From positions 1-56,994 of the forward strand of contig CAYTCJ010000004.1 in NCBI GenBank assembly GCA_964436545.1: 56,994 nucleotides of DNA, in the 5' to 3' direction. How positions within the stretch are numbered: position 1 is the stretch's first letter; every line of letters begins with the position of its first letter. The position numbers and the translations under genes were made by a program. Positions 24,600-31,498 of this stretch are shown here, piece after piece. The notes beneath the pieces were generated by a model. It saw nothing but the letters and a program-made list of their open reading frames with translations, was not told where the DNA came from and made no database searches. This DNA is from an uncultured Candidatus Saccharibacteria bacterium. GTDB taxonomy: Bacteria; Patescibacteriota; Doudnabacteria; UBA920.

Positions 24600-24878
24600 A
24601 TGCTAAATCCAGAAATTTTGCCTAACTTAGGGGGTGTGCCGGAACGTTTAAGAAGCGAAGGGCTTTTTGCGCATAATCGTGAGTTGGTAAGGATTGGAGA
24701 TACAGTAGAAGCACTGGTAAATGTTCAAGGGGGGGTGCCAAAAGGATTTCAAGGAATAATTATAGATTTAATAGTAGAGCCTTTGGGAAATGAGAGAGGT
24801 TTCCATAAACGAATAAAGTTTAATGGTCTAGCCGGCGAATTCAATCCCAAAAAATTTAAAAAAATCAATATCAAATAA
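24600..24878 (+). CDS. Hypothetical protein (92 aa)
   Basis: ORF followed by a strong terminator. No recognisable motif. Confidence 0.5.
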   Translation: MLNPEILPNLGGVPERLRSEGLFAHNRELVRIGDTVEALVNVQGGVPKGFQGIIIDLIVEPLGNERGFHKRIKFNGLAGEFNPKKFKKINIK

Positions 24879-24903
24879 AATATATTTTATATAGCTTTTA
24901 AAA

Positions 24904-24928
24904 GGCACCCTTATAAGGGTGCCTTTTT
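24904..24928 (+). terminator. Intrinsic terminator
   Basis: GGCACCC-TTATAA-GGGTGCC followed by TTTTT. Confidence 0.6.
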
Positions 24929-24952
24929 AGGGGTGGGGAGGGGCTTGACAAA

Positions 24953-24979
24953 TTATCACTCTTAGATGTAGAGTGATAA
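24953..24979. promoter_or_regulatory. CIRCE-like inverted repeat (HrcA-operator-like) upstream of hsp20
   Basis: TTATCACTC-N9-GAGTGATAA, a perfect inverted repeat. It differs from the CIRCE consensus TTAGCACTC-N9-GAGTGCTAA by one symmetric substitution. TTGACA lies at 24945-24950 just upstream, and TGATAAT overlaps the right arm. Confidence 0.6.
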
Positions 24980-25036
24980 TAGAAGCAATAAACATTAACA
25001 AATAAGGCACTTTTGCCTTATGAAAGGAAAATAAAT

Positions 25037-25456
25037 ATGCCCTTTGATTTAGTACCCAAGGCTTTCTTTAATTTTCCCGCTAAACTCAATAATTTTTGGG
25101 AAGATGAAGATGTTTGGCTTTCCACCACTAACAATCCTTCCGGTTTAACTGTAAGTGAAGATCAAAACCATGTGTATGTGGAAGCTTCGGTCCCGGGAGT
25201 GGACCCTAAACATGTGGAAGTGGTGTTTGAAAAAGGCGTGTTATGGATAAAAGCTCAGCATACAGAAGCCGATGAGGACAAACAAAAAAAGTATTACAGA
25301 AAATCGGCCACAGAGTTCTCTTACCATGTGTCAGTGCCGGGGAAAATAGATGAGACTCAAGAACCCACCGCGGTTTGCAAAAATGGGGTAATGAAAGTCA
25401 CCTTTAAAAAATCTCCACAAGTTCAGCCCAAACGCATAGCCGTGCAAGTGGAGTAA
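25037..25456 (+). CDS. Hsp20/alpha-crystallin family small heat-shock protein
   Basis: Alpha-crystallin-domain pattern (LTVSEDQNHVYVEASVPGVDPKHVEVVFEKGVLWIKA...F.Y.V.VP...D......NGV..V...K). ATG at 25037 is preceded by AAAGGA. The ORF track begins at an upstream TTG (25013). Confidence 0.85.
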   Translation: MPFDLVPKAFFNFPAKLNNFWEDEDVWLSTTNNPSGLTVSEDQNHVYVEASVPGVDPKHVEVVFEKGVLWIKAQHTEADEDKQKKYYRKSATEFSYHVSVPGKIDETQEPTAVCKNGVMKVTFKKSPQVQPKRIAVQVE

Positions 25457-25530
25457 AGTTTACCCCGCTCTTTGCGAAACAAAGGGCGGGGTAAAAAATT
25501 GCCAAAGGGTTATTTTAATGGTTTAATTAA

Positions 25531-26376
25531 GTGAGTAGACTTAAGCTATTAAAAATGCAAAATAAAAATTTAGATCCGATTTCCAACATCCAAATAGTTA
25601 AAAAAAGAAAATTACCCAAACCGTGCCGAATGGATGCGGTGGTGAAAGTAAAAAAACCTTTAGCTTCGGCTAGTTTGATTCTTCCGGTAACAAGCTTTGC
25701 TTTTAAAGTTAGTTGGCAAAAGTTTTTTGGTTATAAATTGGCATGGGGTATGGGTATGTTTGTATTAGCTTTTTCTTTGGGTATGTATTTTACTTGGAGC
25801 GCAGATAATAGTAAGGCAGAAGAAATAAAAATATCGCAAGTAGAAAATAGCGTGCCAACCTTGCCGGTAGTTGCCGGAGTGAGTACTTTAGGCCCCATAA
25901 ATCAAGTGCCTAACGAAGTATTATTTAATTTAACTCTCGACCAGTTGGAGGAATATTTAAAAGAAGCGCTCAAAACTCCGGAAATGAAAGTGGCGGAAGC
26001 TTTGGCGGAAAGAAAAACCAAACTAAAAATTTATTTGGAAAGCAAACAATCACCCTTAGTGAATATTGTAGATACCTTGGCGGAGTTAAAACATTGGAAA
26101 TTGGTTTTGGCTATATCAAACTCCGAAAGCAGTTTAGGCAAAAGGTGTCATAGTAACAATTGTAGTGGTATAGGGGTGGAGCCGGGGCATCCTTTATGGC
26201 GGGAATATAAAACTAAAGCCGATTGGGCAAAAGATTTAGACAAACTGTTAGAGAGAAGGTATAAAAATTGGACATTGGAAGAAATGAACGGAGTTTATGT
26301 TCAACCCGGAAGTAAAAATTGGATTTTAGCTGCCAGACAAATACTGGAAGAAATGCAGGAGAGAGGGATAGAATGA
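25531..26376 (+). CDS. Hypothetical membrane-anchored protein
   Basis: 281 aa with one TM helix (LAWGMGMFVLAFSLGMYFTW). The C-terminal domain is unassigned. Start is uncertain (GTG at 25531 or ATG at 25555). Confidence 0.6.
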   Translation: MSRLKLLKMQNKNLDPISNIQIVKKRKLPKPCRMDAVVKVKKPLASASLILPVTSFAFKVSWQKFFGYKLAWGMGMFVLAFSLGMYFTWSADNSKAEEIKISQVENSVPTLPVVAGVSTLGPINQVPNEVLFNLTLDQLEEYLKEALKTPEMKVAEALAERKTKLKIYLESKQSPLVNIVDTLAELKHWKLVLAISNSESSLGKRCHSNNCSGIGVEPGHPLWREYKTKADWAKDLDKLLERRYKNWTLEEMNGVYVQPGSKNWILAARQILEEMQERGIE

Positions 26377-26407
26377 GCTTGGAATTAAGAATTATGAATT
26401 AAGAATT

Positions 26408-27481
26408 ATGGAAAAAAATAAAAAAAAGTTTATAGTAATATTTGTAAGTAGTTTTTTTATATTGGCTGGAGCAGTTACCAGCCAAAATATAAAATTAAAT
26501 CCCATTAAGCCGGGGGTGAAAACCGCCAATTATTTATCCGATGAACAACAGGCGATTTTGGCAGTGAGGAAAGCGAAAGCCAGCGTAGTAAGTATTTTTG
26601 GCGAAAAAGTGGTGTATACGGTGAATGGCACGCCGGGGGCCATTGAACCCGTGGCGGGTACGGGCGTAATTATTTCCGCCGATGGCTATATAGTTAGCAA
26701 CAGTCATGTGGTAAGTCAAAAAGATACCGAATATCGGGTGGTGCTTATAAATGGGGCGGAATATGAAGCTAAAATTGTAGGGTTGGATAAAAATAACGAT
26801 GTCGCGTTATTAAAAATTGAAGCCAAAAATTTAACTCCGGCCACCTTAGGCAATTCAGAGGATTTGGAAACCGGACAAACCGTATTTGCCATTGGCAATT
26901 CTTTGGGGGTTTATCAACATAGTGTATCTCGGGGAGTGGTTTCGGGGATTGGTCGGGCGGTAAATTTTAGCGAACAAAACCTCCCCAAGCCTCGGTTGTT
27001 AAATTTAATCCAAACCGATGCTGCCATTAGCCCGGGCAATAGCGGAGGACCGTTAATTAATTTAGCCGGAGAAGTAATTGGGATTAATACTTTAATTGAA
27101 ACTTCAGGACAATCTTTAGGTTTTGCGGTGTCTATTAATACGGTAAAAAGTTCTGTGGAGCAATTAAAAAAATTCGGTAAAGTGGCCAAACCTTACTTGG
27201 GCATTGCTTACCAAACCATTACCAAGTCGGTAGTAAAGTTTAGGCAGTTAAAGTTAAGTAAAGGTGCGTTTGTCATGGAAGTGGTGGGCGAGGGTCCGGC
27301 AGGGCGAGCCGGGATTTTGCCCGGGGACATTATTCAAAAAATTAACCAGACCAATTTAAGTGAGCAAACGGAATTGGACAATGTAATTATGCAGTTTAAC
27401 CCGGGGGATACGGTATTAATGACTGTCTGGCGAGACGGCCAAACTTTTGAAACTCCCGTATTGTTGGGTGAATATAAATGA
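26408..27481 (+). CDS. htrA: HtrA/DegP-family (S1C) serine protease with PDZ domain
   Basis: 357 aa with an N-terminal TM anchor. Catalytic triad contexts are SNSHVV, NDVALLKI and GNSGGPLIN. The C-terminal part is PDZ-like (GAFVMEVVGEGPAGRAGILPGDII). Confidence 0.9.
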   Translation: MEKNKKKFIVIFVSSFFILAGAVTSQNIKLNPIKPGVKTANYLSDEQQAILAVRKAKASVVSIFGEKVVYTVNGTPGAIEPVAGTGVIISADGYIVSNSHVVSQKDTEYRVVLINGAEYEAKIVGLDKNNDVALLKIEAKNLTPATLGNSEDLETGQTVFAIGNSLGVYQHSVSRGVVSGIGRAVNFSEQNLPKPRLLNLIQTDAAISPGNSGGPLINLAGEVIGINTLIETSGQSLGFAVSINTVKSSVEQLKKFGKVAKPYLGIAYQTITKSVVKFRQLKLSKGAFVMEVVGEGPAGRAGILPGDIIQKINQTNLSEQTELDNVIMQFNPGDTVLMTVWRDGQTFETPVLLGEYK

Positions 27482-27608
27482 TCCTAATATTTTTTTTGGG
27501 GACATTTCCAACTGGTTTTGGGCTTTATATAAGATTAAGACATTAAAAGAAAAGCAGCGGTCTGAAAGATTTCAGCCGTTGCTTTTGCTTTGTTTGCATC
27601 GAGGAAAC

Positions 27609-27929
27609 TTAGAAAGATGTGCGAGTTTTACCAGAGCTGGAGTGAGCTTTGGTACTTACTGCAAATTCCTCTGTTCCCTGTCTATTGGCGCTTAAGATGG
27701 CTAATAAAAATAAAGCCGAACTTATAGTTACAATAGACGCATGTTCTACCACCAGAATCAATTCATAAAATTGGGTGGCAAGTAGAACTGCATGCAATGT
27801 TTTGGGAATCATTTGGCTTTTGTGTGTTGGCAATAGGGTAGTGAGGTTAGCAACCGTTTTTTTCTGGTTGATAAAATTATACCCTAACATCAAACTGGCA
27901 AAAATTCCCAAAGTCAACAGAGGGTTCAT
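27609..27929 (-). CDS. Hypothetical small membrane protein (106 aa)
   Basis: Three hydrophobic segments. The start is preceded by AAGGAGGG and AAAGGA, and the gene has its own consensus-like promoter. Confidence 0.55.
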   Translation of the reverse strand: MNPLLTLGIFASLMLGYNFINQKKTVANLTTLLPTHKSQMIPKTLHAVLLATQFYELILVVEHASIVTISSALFLLAILSANRQGTEEFAVSTKAHSSSGKTRTSF

Positions 27930-28045
27930 AAGTTTCCTTTCGCCCTCCTTAATTTTGAAAAGTGCTTCCTCCCAACTTGGGTGCGTTCGACTGCGCGCCC
28001 TGCGGGGGGACCCGCTATTTTAACTAAAGGGGGAGGATTTGTCAA
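27930..28045 (-). promoter_or_regulatory. Consensus-like promoter plus a GC-rich, about 85-nt structured 5' leader for the small membrane protein gene
   Basis: On the minus strand: TTGACA (28045-28040), 17-nt spacer, TAAAAT (28022-28017). The leader GCGGGTCCCCCCGCAGGGCGCGCAGTCGAACGCACCCAAGTTGGGAGGAAGC has several possible helices (GCGGG/CCCGC, GGGCGCG/CGCACCC, CCCAA/TTGGG). Confidence 0.4.
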
Positions 28046-28068
28046 TTTTTGGTTTTCGGTGATACAAT
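28039..28068 (+). promoter_or_regulatory. Candidate trxB promoter, back-to-back with the divergent promoter
   Basis: TTGTCA (28039-28044), 18-nt spacer, TACAAT (28063-28068) with TG-n upstream (extended -10). Confidence 0.4.
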
Positions 28069-28090
28069 ATTCAAGTTAACTAATACTCTT

Positions 28091-29017
28091 ATGACTACAC
28101 ACGATTTAATTATTATTGGCTCTGGGCCGGCCGGCTTAACTGCCGGATTGTATGCCGGAAGAGCCACTTTAAAGCCCTTAATTATTGCCGGTTTAAAGCC
28201 GGGCGGACAACTTATGGATACCACGGAAGTGGAGAATTTTCCCGGGTTTATGCATGGCATTCAAGGTCCGGAATTAATGCAAAATATGTTTAAGCAGGCC
28301 GAGAAGTTTGGCGCGGAAATTTTGCAGGAAAACGTGGAGAGTGTGAATTTTAATCAAAAACCTTTTGTCGTCAAAACTGCTAACGGAGAATATAAAGCTC
28401 ATTCAATAATAATTGCCACCGGAGCCGAGGCGAATTGGTTAAATTTACCCGGTGAGCAAAGGCTAAGAGGCAAAGGGGTAAGCGCGTGCGCTACTTGCGA
28501 CGGGTTCTTTTTTAAAGATAAGGCCATTGCAGTAGCCGGCGGAGGCGACAGCGCTATGGAAGAAGCGAATTTTTTAACCAAGTTTGCGAGCCAGGTTACT
28601 ATTATTCATAGACGCGAGGAATTCAAAGCGAGTAAAATTATGCTGGAGCGTGCTAAACATAATCCAAAAATCACTTTGCTTACCAACACCGCAATTGTAG
28701 ATGTGGTGGGAGAAAATAAAGTGGAAGGCATTAAGATTAAAAACAATGCGACAGGTGAGGAAAGCGTATTGCCGGCAGAAGGGTTTTTTGTAGCCATTGG
28801 CCATACTCCGGCCACCAAAATTTTTCAAAACAGTGGCATTGAGTTAGACGGTAAAGGGTATATTGTAGTTAAGAACCATACCCAAACCAGCGTAGAGGGT
28901 GTGTTTGTAGCAGGGGATGTGAACGATCCACGATATCGACAAGCAATTTCCGCAGCGGGTATGGGCTGTATGGCAGCCTTGGACGCAGAAAAATACTTAG
29001 CCGAGAGAGAAAGTTAG
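28091..29017 (+). CDS. trxB: Thioredoxin-disulfide reductase
   Basis: FAD-binding motif IIIGSGPAGLTAGLYAGRA, redox-active CATCDG, NADPH-binding motif VAGGGDSAMEEA, C-terminal GVFVAGDV. ATG at 28091; the ORF track starts at an upstream TTG. Confidence 0.9.
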   Translation: MTTHDLIIIGSGPAGLTAGLYAGRATLKPLIIAGLKPGGQLMDTTEVENFPGFMHGIQGPELMQNMFKQAEKFGAEILQENVESVNFNQKPFVVKTANGEYKAHSIIIATGAEANWLNLPGEQRLRGKGVSACATCDGFFFKDKAIAVAGGGDSAMEEANFLTKFASQVTIIHRREEFKASKIMLERAKHNPKITLLTNTAIVDVVGENKVEGIKIKNNATGEESVLPAEGFFVAIGHTPATKIFQNSGIELDGKGYIVVKNHTQTSVEGVFVAGDVNDPRYRQAISAAGMGCMAALDAEKYLAERES

Positions 29018-29134
29018 TCTTGGTAACATTGCGCTTTTAGTTAGTGTAATACCTGCCCTCCGTAGCTTTAGCGAAGGAGGGGACGCAGAAAAATATTTAG
29101 CAGAGAAAGCAAGTAAGGAATAAGAAATTGAGTT

Positions 29135-29554
29135 ATGAATTATGAATTAAGGATGAAGATTTCAGGCAAAGTGGTTAAAGGCATGGGTTATGGCAGAAAA
29201 CTGGGTTTTCCAACTGCTAATTTAGATAGACGGGATTTTTCCAGACGGAAGTTAAAGGTTAAGTCAGGAATATGGGCAGGAGAAGCGCAAATATCAAATA
29301 AAATTAAAAATTCAAAAATTCAAAAATTAAAAAATTTTAAGGCTGGGATAGTTATTGGCCCTTTAGATTCATTCAACTTACCTAAAATAGAGGCGCATTT
29401 ATTGGGCTTTAAAGGCAATTTATACGGTAGAAAGATTACGCTTTTTCTGCTAAAATATCTTAGACCTTTTAAAGTCTATAAAAACGAGCCGACTTTAAAA
29501 GCCCAAATTAGTAAAGATGTGCAGATAATTAAAAATTTTAAATTAAAAATTTAA
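29135..29554 (+). CDS. Riboflavin kinase domain protein (stand-alone RibF C-terminal-like)
   Basis: 139 aa. GKVVKGMGYGRKLGFPTANL and IEAHLLGFKGNLYGRKI fit the riboflavin kinase pattern. It contains a low-complexity stretch ISNKIKNSKIQKLKNFK. Confidence 0.7.
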   Translation: MNYELRMKISGKVVKGMGYGRKLGFPTANLDRRDFSRRKLKVKSGIWAGEAQISNKIKNSKIQKLKNFKAGIVIGPLDSFNLPKIEAHLLGFKGNLYGRKITLFLLKYLRPFKVYKNEPTLKAQISKDVQIIKNFKLKI

Positions 29555-29568
29555 AAATTGATTTTATT

Positions 29569-30792
29569 ATGACTAATCCATTTGAAACCGCCATTAAACA
29601 ATTAGAAGAAGCTGCCAGCCTTGCCCAGTTAGACAAAAATAAAGTGGCACGGTTAAAGTCGCCCGACCGTTATGTGGAAGTGAGTATCCCTGTGATTATG
29701 GACAACGGGGAGCAAAAAATTTTTAAAGGTTTTCGAAGTCAACATAACAATGCTCGCGGAGCGTATAAAGGGGGCATTCGGTATCATCAGGATGTGCATT
29801 TAGACGAGGTCAAGGCGCTTAGTTTTTGGATGTCTTTTAAAAACGCGGTAATTAATGTGCCGTTTGGCGGAGGGAAGGGCGGAATAATTGTAAACCCCAA
29901 AGAGTTATCGGTTACAGAGCTCGAAAAACTTTCTCGCGGGTGGGTACAAAAAATGTATAGAATTTTAGGGCCCGAGGTAGATGTGCCGGCGCCAGATGTG
30001 AACACCACGGGGCAAATTATGGATTGGATGGTAGATGAGTACAAAAAATTAACCGGCAGTGAAAAAGCTTTGGCGGTTTTTACCGGCAAGCCGGTGGGTA
30101 AGGGCGGAAGCCAAGGCAGGGAAGAAGCCACGGGTTTTGGCGGGTTTTATGTATTTGAAGAAGCAGTGAAGCATCATCATATCCCTGCCGGAGCCAGTAT
30201 TGCGGTGCAAGGTTTTGGTAATGTGGCTACGTTTTTTGCCAAAATGGCTTTTAATAAAGGCTTTACAGTGGTGGCAGTATCCGATTCTAAAGGCGGAATT
30301 GTGAATATGGCGGGTTTAGATATTAATAAAGTGACAGAGTATAAAAAAACCACCGGTGGATTAACTGGTTTTCCGGACAGTCAACCCATTGCTAACGAAG
30401 CGCTGTTAGAACTGGACGTCGAGGTGTTAGTACCCGCTGCTTTAGAGAATGTGCTTACCGAAGCCAATGCCGGTAAAGTTAAAGCTAAATTAATTGTGGA
30501 ACTGGCCAATGGCCCCACCACCAAAGAAGCGGATAAAATTTTTGCCGACCGCAAGGTGGCAGTCATTCCCGATATTTTAGCCAACAGTGGCGGGGTGTGT
30601 GTGAGTTATTATGAATGGTTCCAGAATATGCATAATGAAGTATGGGTTAAAGAACAGGTGTTGGAAAAATTAGAAAAGCAAATTAAACAAGCTTTTGGCG
30701 ATGTGCAATCAACTGCAAAAAAATATAACACTACTTACCGAAACGGCGCGTATATTTTAGCTACGGAAAGAATTATGGCGAAGATGGTTTGA
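29569..30792 (+). CDS. gdh: Glu/Leu/Phe/Val-family dehydrogenase, most likely glutamate dehydrogenase
   Basis: 407 aa. KGGIRYH, PFGGGKGG (catalytic Lys region) and the GFGNVA Rossmann motif. Confidence 0.9.
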   Translation: MTNPFETAIKQLEEAASLAQLDKNKVARLKSPDRYVEVSIPVIMDNGEQKIFKGFRSQHNNARGAYKGGIRYHQDVHLDEVKALSFWMSFKNAVINVPFGGGKGGIIVNPKELSVTELEKLSRGWVQKMYRILGPEVDVPAPDVNTTGQIMDWMVDEYKKLTGSEKALAVFTGKPVGKGGSQGREEATGFGGFYVFEEAVKHHHIPAGASIAVQGFGNVATFFAKMAFNKGFTVVAVSDSKGGIVNMAGLDINKVTEYKKTTGGLTGFPDSQPIANEALLELDVEVLVPAALENVLTEANAGKVKAKLIVELANGPTTKEADKIFADRKVAVIPDILANSGGVCVSYYEWFQNMHNEVWVKEQVLEKLEKQIKQAFGDVQSTAKKYNTTYRNGAYILATERIMAKMV

Positions 30793-30844
30793 AAGCCGTC
30801 AGTAATGAGCTAATCAGCAATCAGTTAGTTAGTAATTAGATACC

Positions 30845-30872
30845 TTGACAAATTTATATATAATGATAGTAT
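30845..30872 (+). promoter_or_regulatory. Orphan promoter candidate
   Basis: TTGACA (30845-30850), 16-nt spacer, TAGTAT (30867-30872) with TG-n upstream. No ORF of 60 aa or more follows. Confidence 0.4.
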
Positions 30873-30987
30873 TGGTTTATGATGATTTTTAGCCCAACAC
30901 AATTAACAGTATTAGCTTGGCCATGGACTTTGAATTTGCAAAGTCCAAAGTTGAGTGTGTGCTAAAAATTCGGTTTTCATTTTTTAC

Positions 30988-31024
30988 AAACACCTTCTGG
31001 ATTTTGCAGAAGGTGTTTTTTTTG
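30988..31024 (+). terminator. Intrinsic terminator closing the orphan transcription unit
   Basis: AAACACCTTCTG-GATTTTG-CAGAAGGTGTTT followed by a run of T. Confidence 0.55.
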
Positions 31025-31136
31025 TTTTGACAAAAGTTTTTTAAGGTAGCCAAAGAAAATTTTTGTCAGCGCAAAACCAACACAGGCAGGCGCAATTAGC
31101 GCGCTGGCTAACCTGCCCCTTCTTAAGGAGGAGGAA

Positions 31137-31349
31137 ATGTTCATCATAATGACGTCGCCACCCCCCCAGGCCACGGCTCGTTTGAAGGTTTCGGCCTATG
31201 GCCATCACGCGGGCGATCAAGTCGCCCACCGGGTGGTCGGGAGGAAGGTGGAGGTAGAATTTTTAAATGCCTCCTTTTTTGGAGGCAAAAAAGTGATTGA
31301 ATTAGGGGTAGATGAGTTCAAGAAATATTTCGAACTCATCAAAAAATAA
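31137..31349 (+). CDS. Hypothetical protein (70 aa) starting in a local GC-rich patch
   Basis: Strong SD AAGGAGGAGG lies 5 nt upstream of the ATG. No motif. Overlapping minus-strand ORFs exist because of the GC-rich composition. Confidence 0.4.
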   Translation: MFIIMTSPPPQATARLKVSAYGHHAGDQVAHRVVGRKVEVEFLNASFFGGKKVIELGVDEFKKYFELIKK

Positions 31350-31467
31350 GTTAAACAAGGAGACAACCTTGTAAAAAAACAAGCTATGGGCAGGCCTTAA
31401 AACCTGCCCGCCATTTATTTTATCTAACTACTGGGTTGGCCCCGCCCTTTGCCAGCAAAGGGCGGAG

Positions 31468-31495
31468 TTGACAAAAGCCCTGTATTTATTATAAT
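31468..31495 (+). promoter_or_regulatory. Consensus promoter of the large surface-protein gene
   Basis: TTGACA (31468-31473), 16-nt spacer, TATAAT (31490-31495), preceded by hairpin CCGCCCTTTGC-CAG-CAAAGGGCGG. The first ATG (31499) lies only 4 nt after the -10, so the mRNA is either leaderless or the true start is ATG 31529. Confidence 0.5.
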
Positions 31496-31498
31496 GAA

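Noticed and set aside
25461-25493. Long hairpin ACCCCGCTCTTTG-CGAAA-CAAAGGGCGGGGT after hsp20 as an intrinsic terminator
   Set aside because: On the plus strand it is followed by an A-run, not a T-run. It may still stabilise or terminate the transcript, but it is not a canonical rho-independent terminator, so it is not listed as a feature.
26381-26411. Dispersed AT-rich motif family (G)AATTATGAATTA(A/G)G, also at about 29130-29155, 38049-38070, 46290-46340 and 48490-48520
   Set aside because: These are short, degenerate, low-complexity copies in intergenic DNA next to start codons. They are probably a lineage-typical spacer motif. I cannot show from this window that they are a mobile element or a regulatory site.
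27930-28010. Assigning the GC-rich leader to the fluoride, guanidine-II/III or preQ1 riboswitch classes
   Set aside because: I could not find the ACGR-capped hairpin pair, the crcB-motif core or a preQ1 A-rich tail. The downstream protein does not look like CrcB, an SMR/Gdx protein or a queuosine transporter. It is kept only as an unclassified leader.
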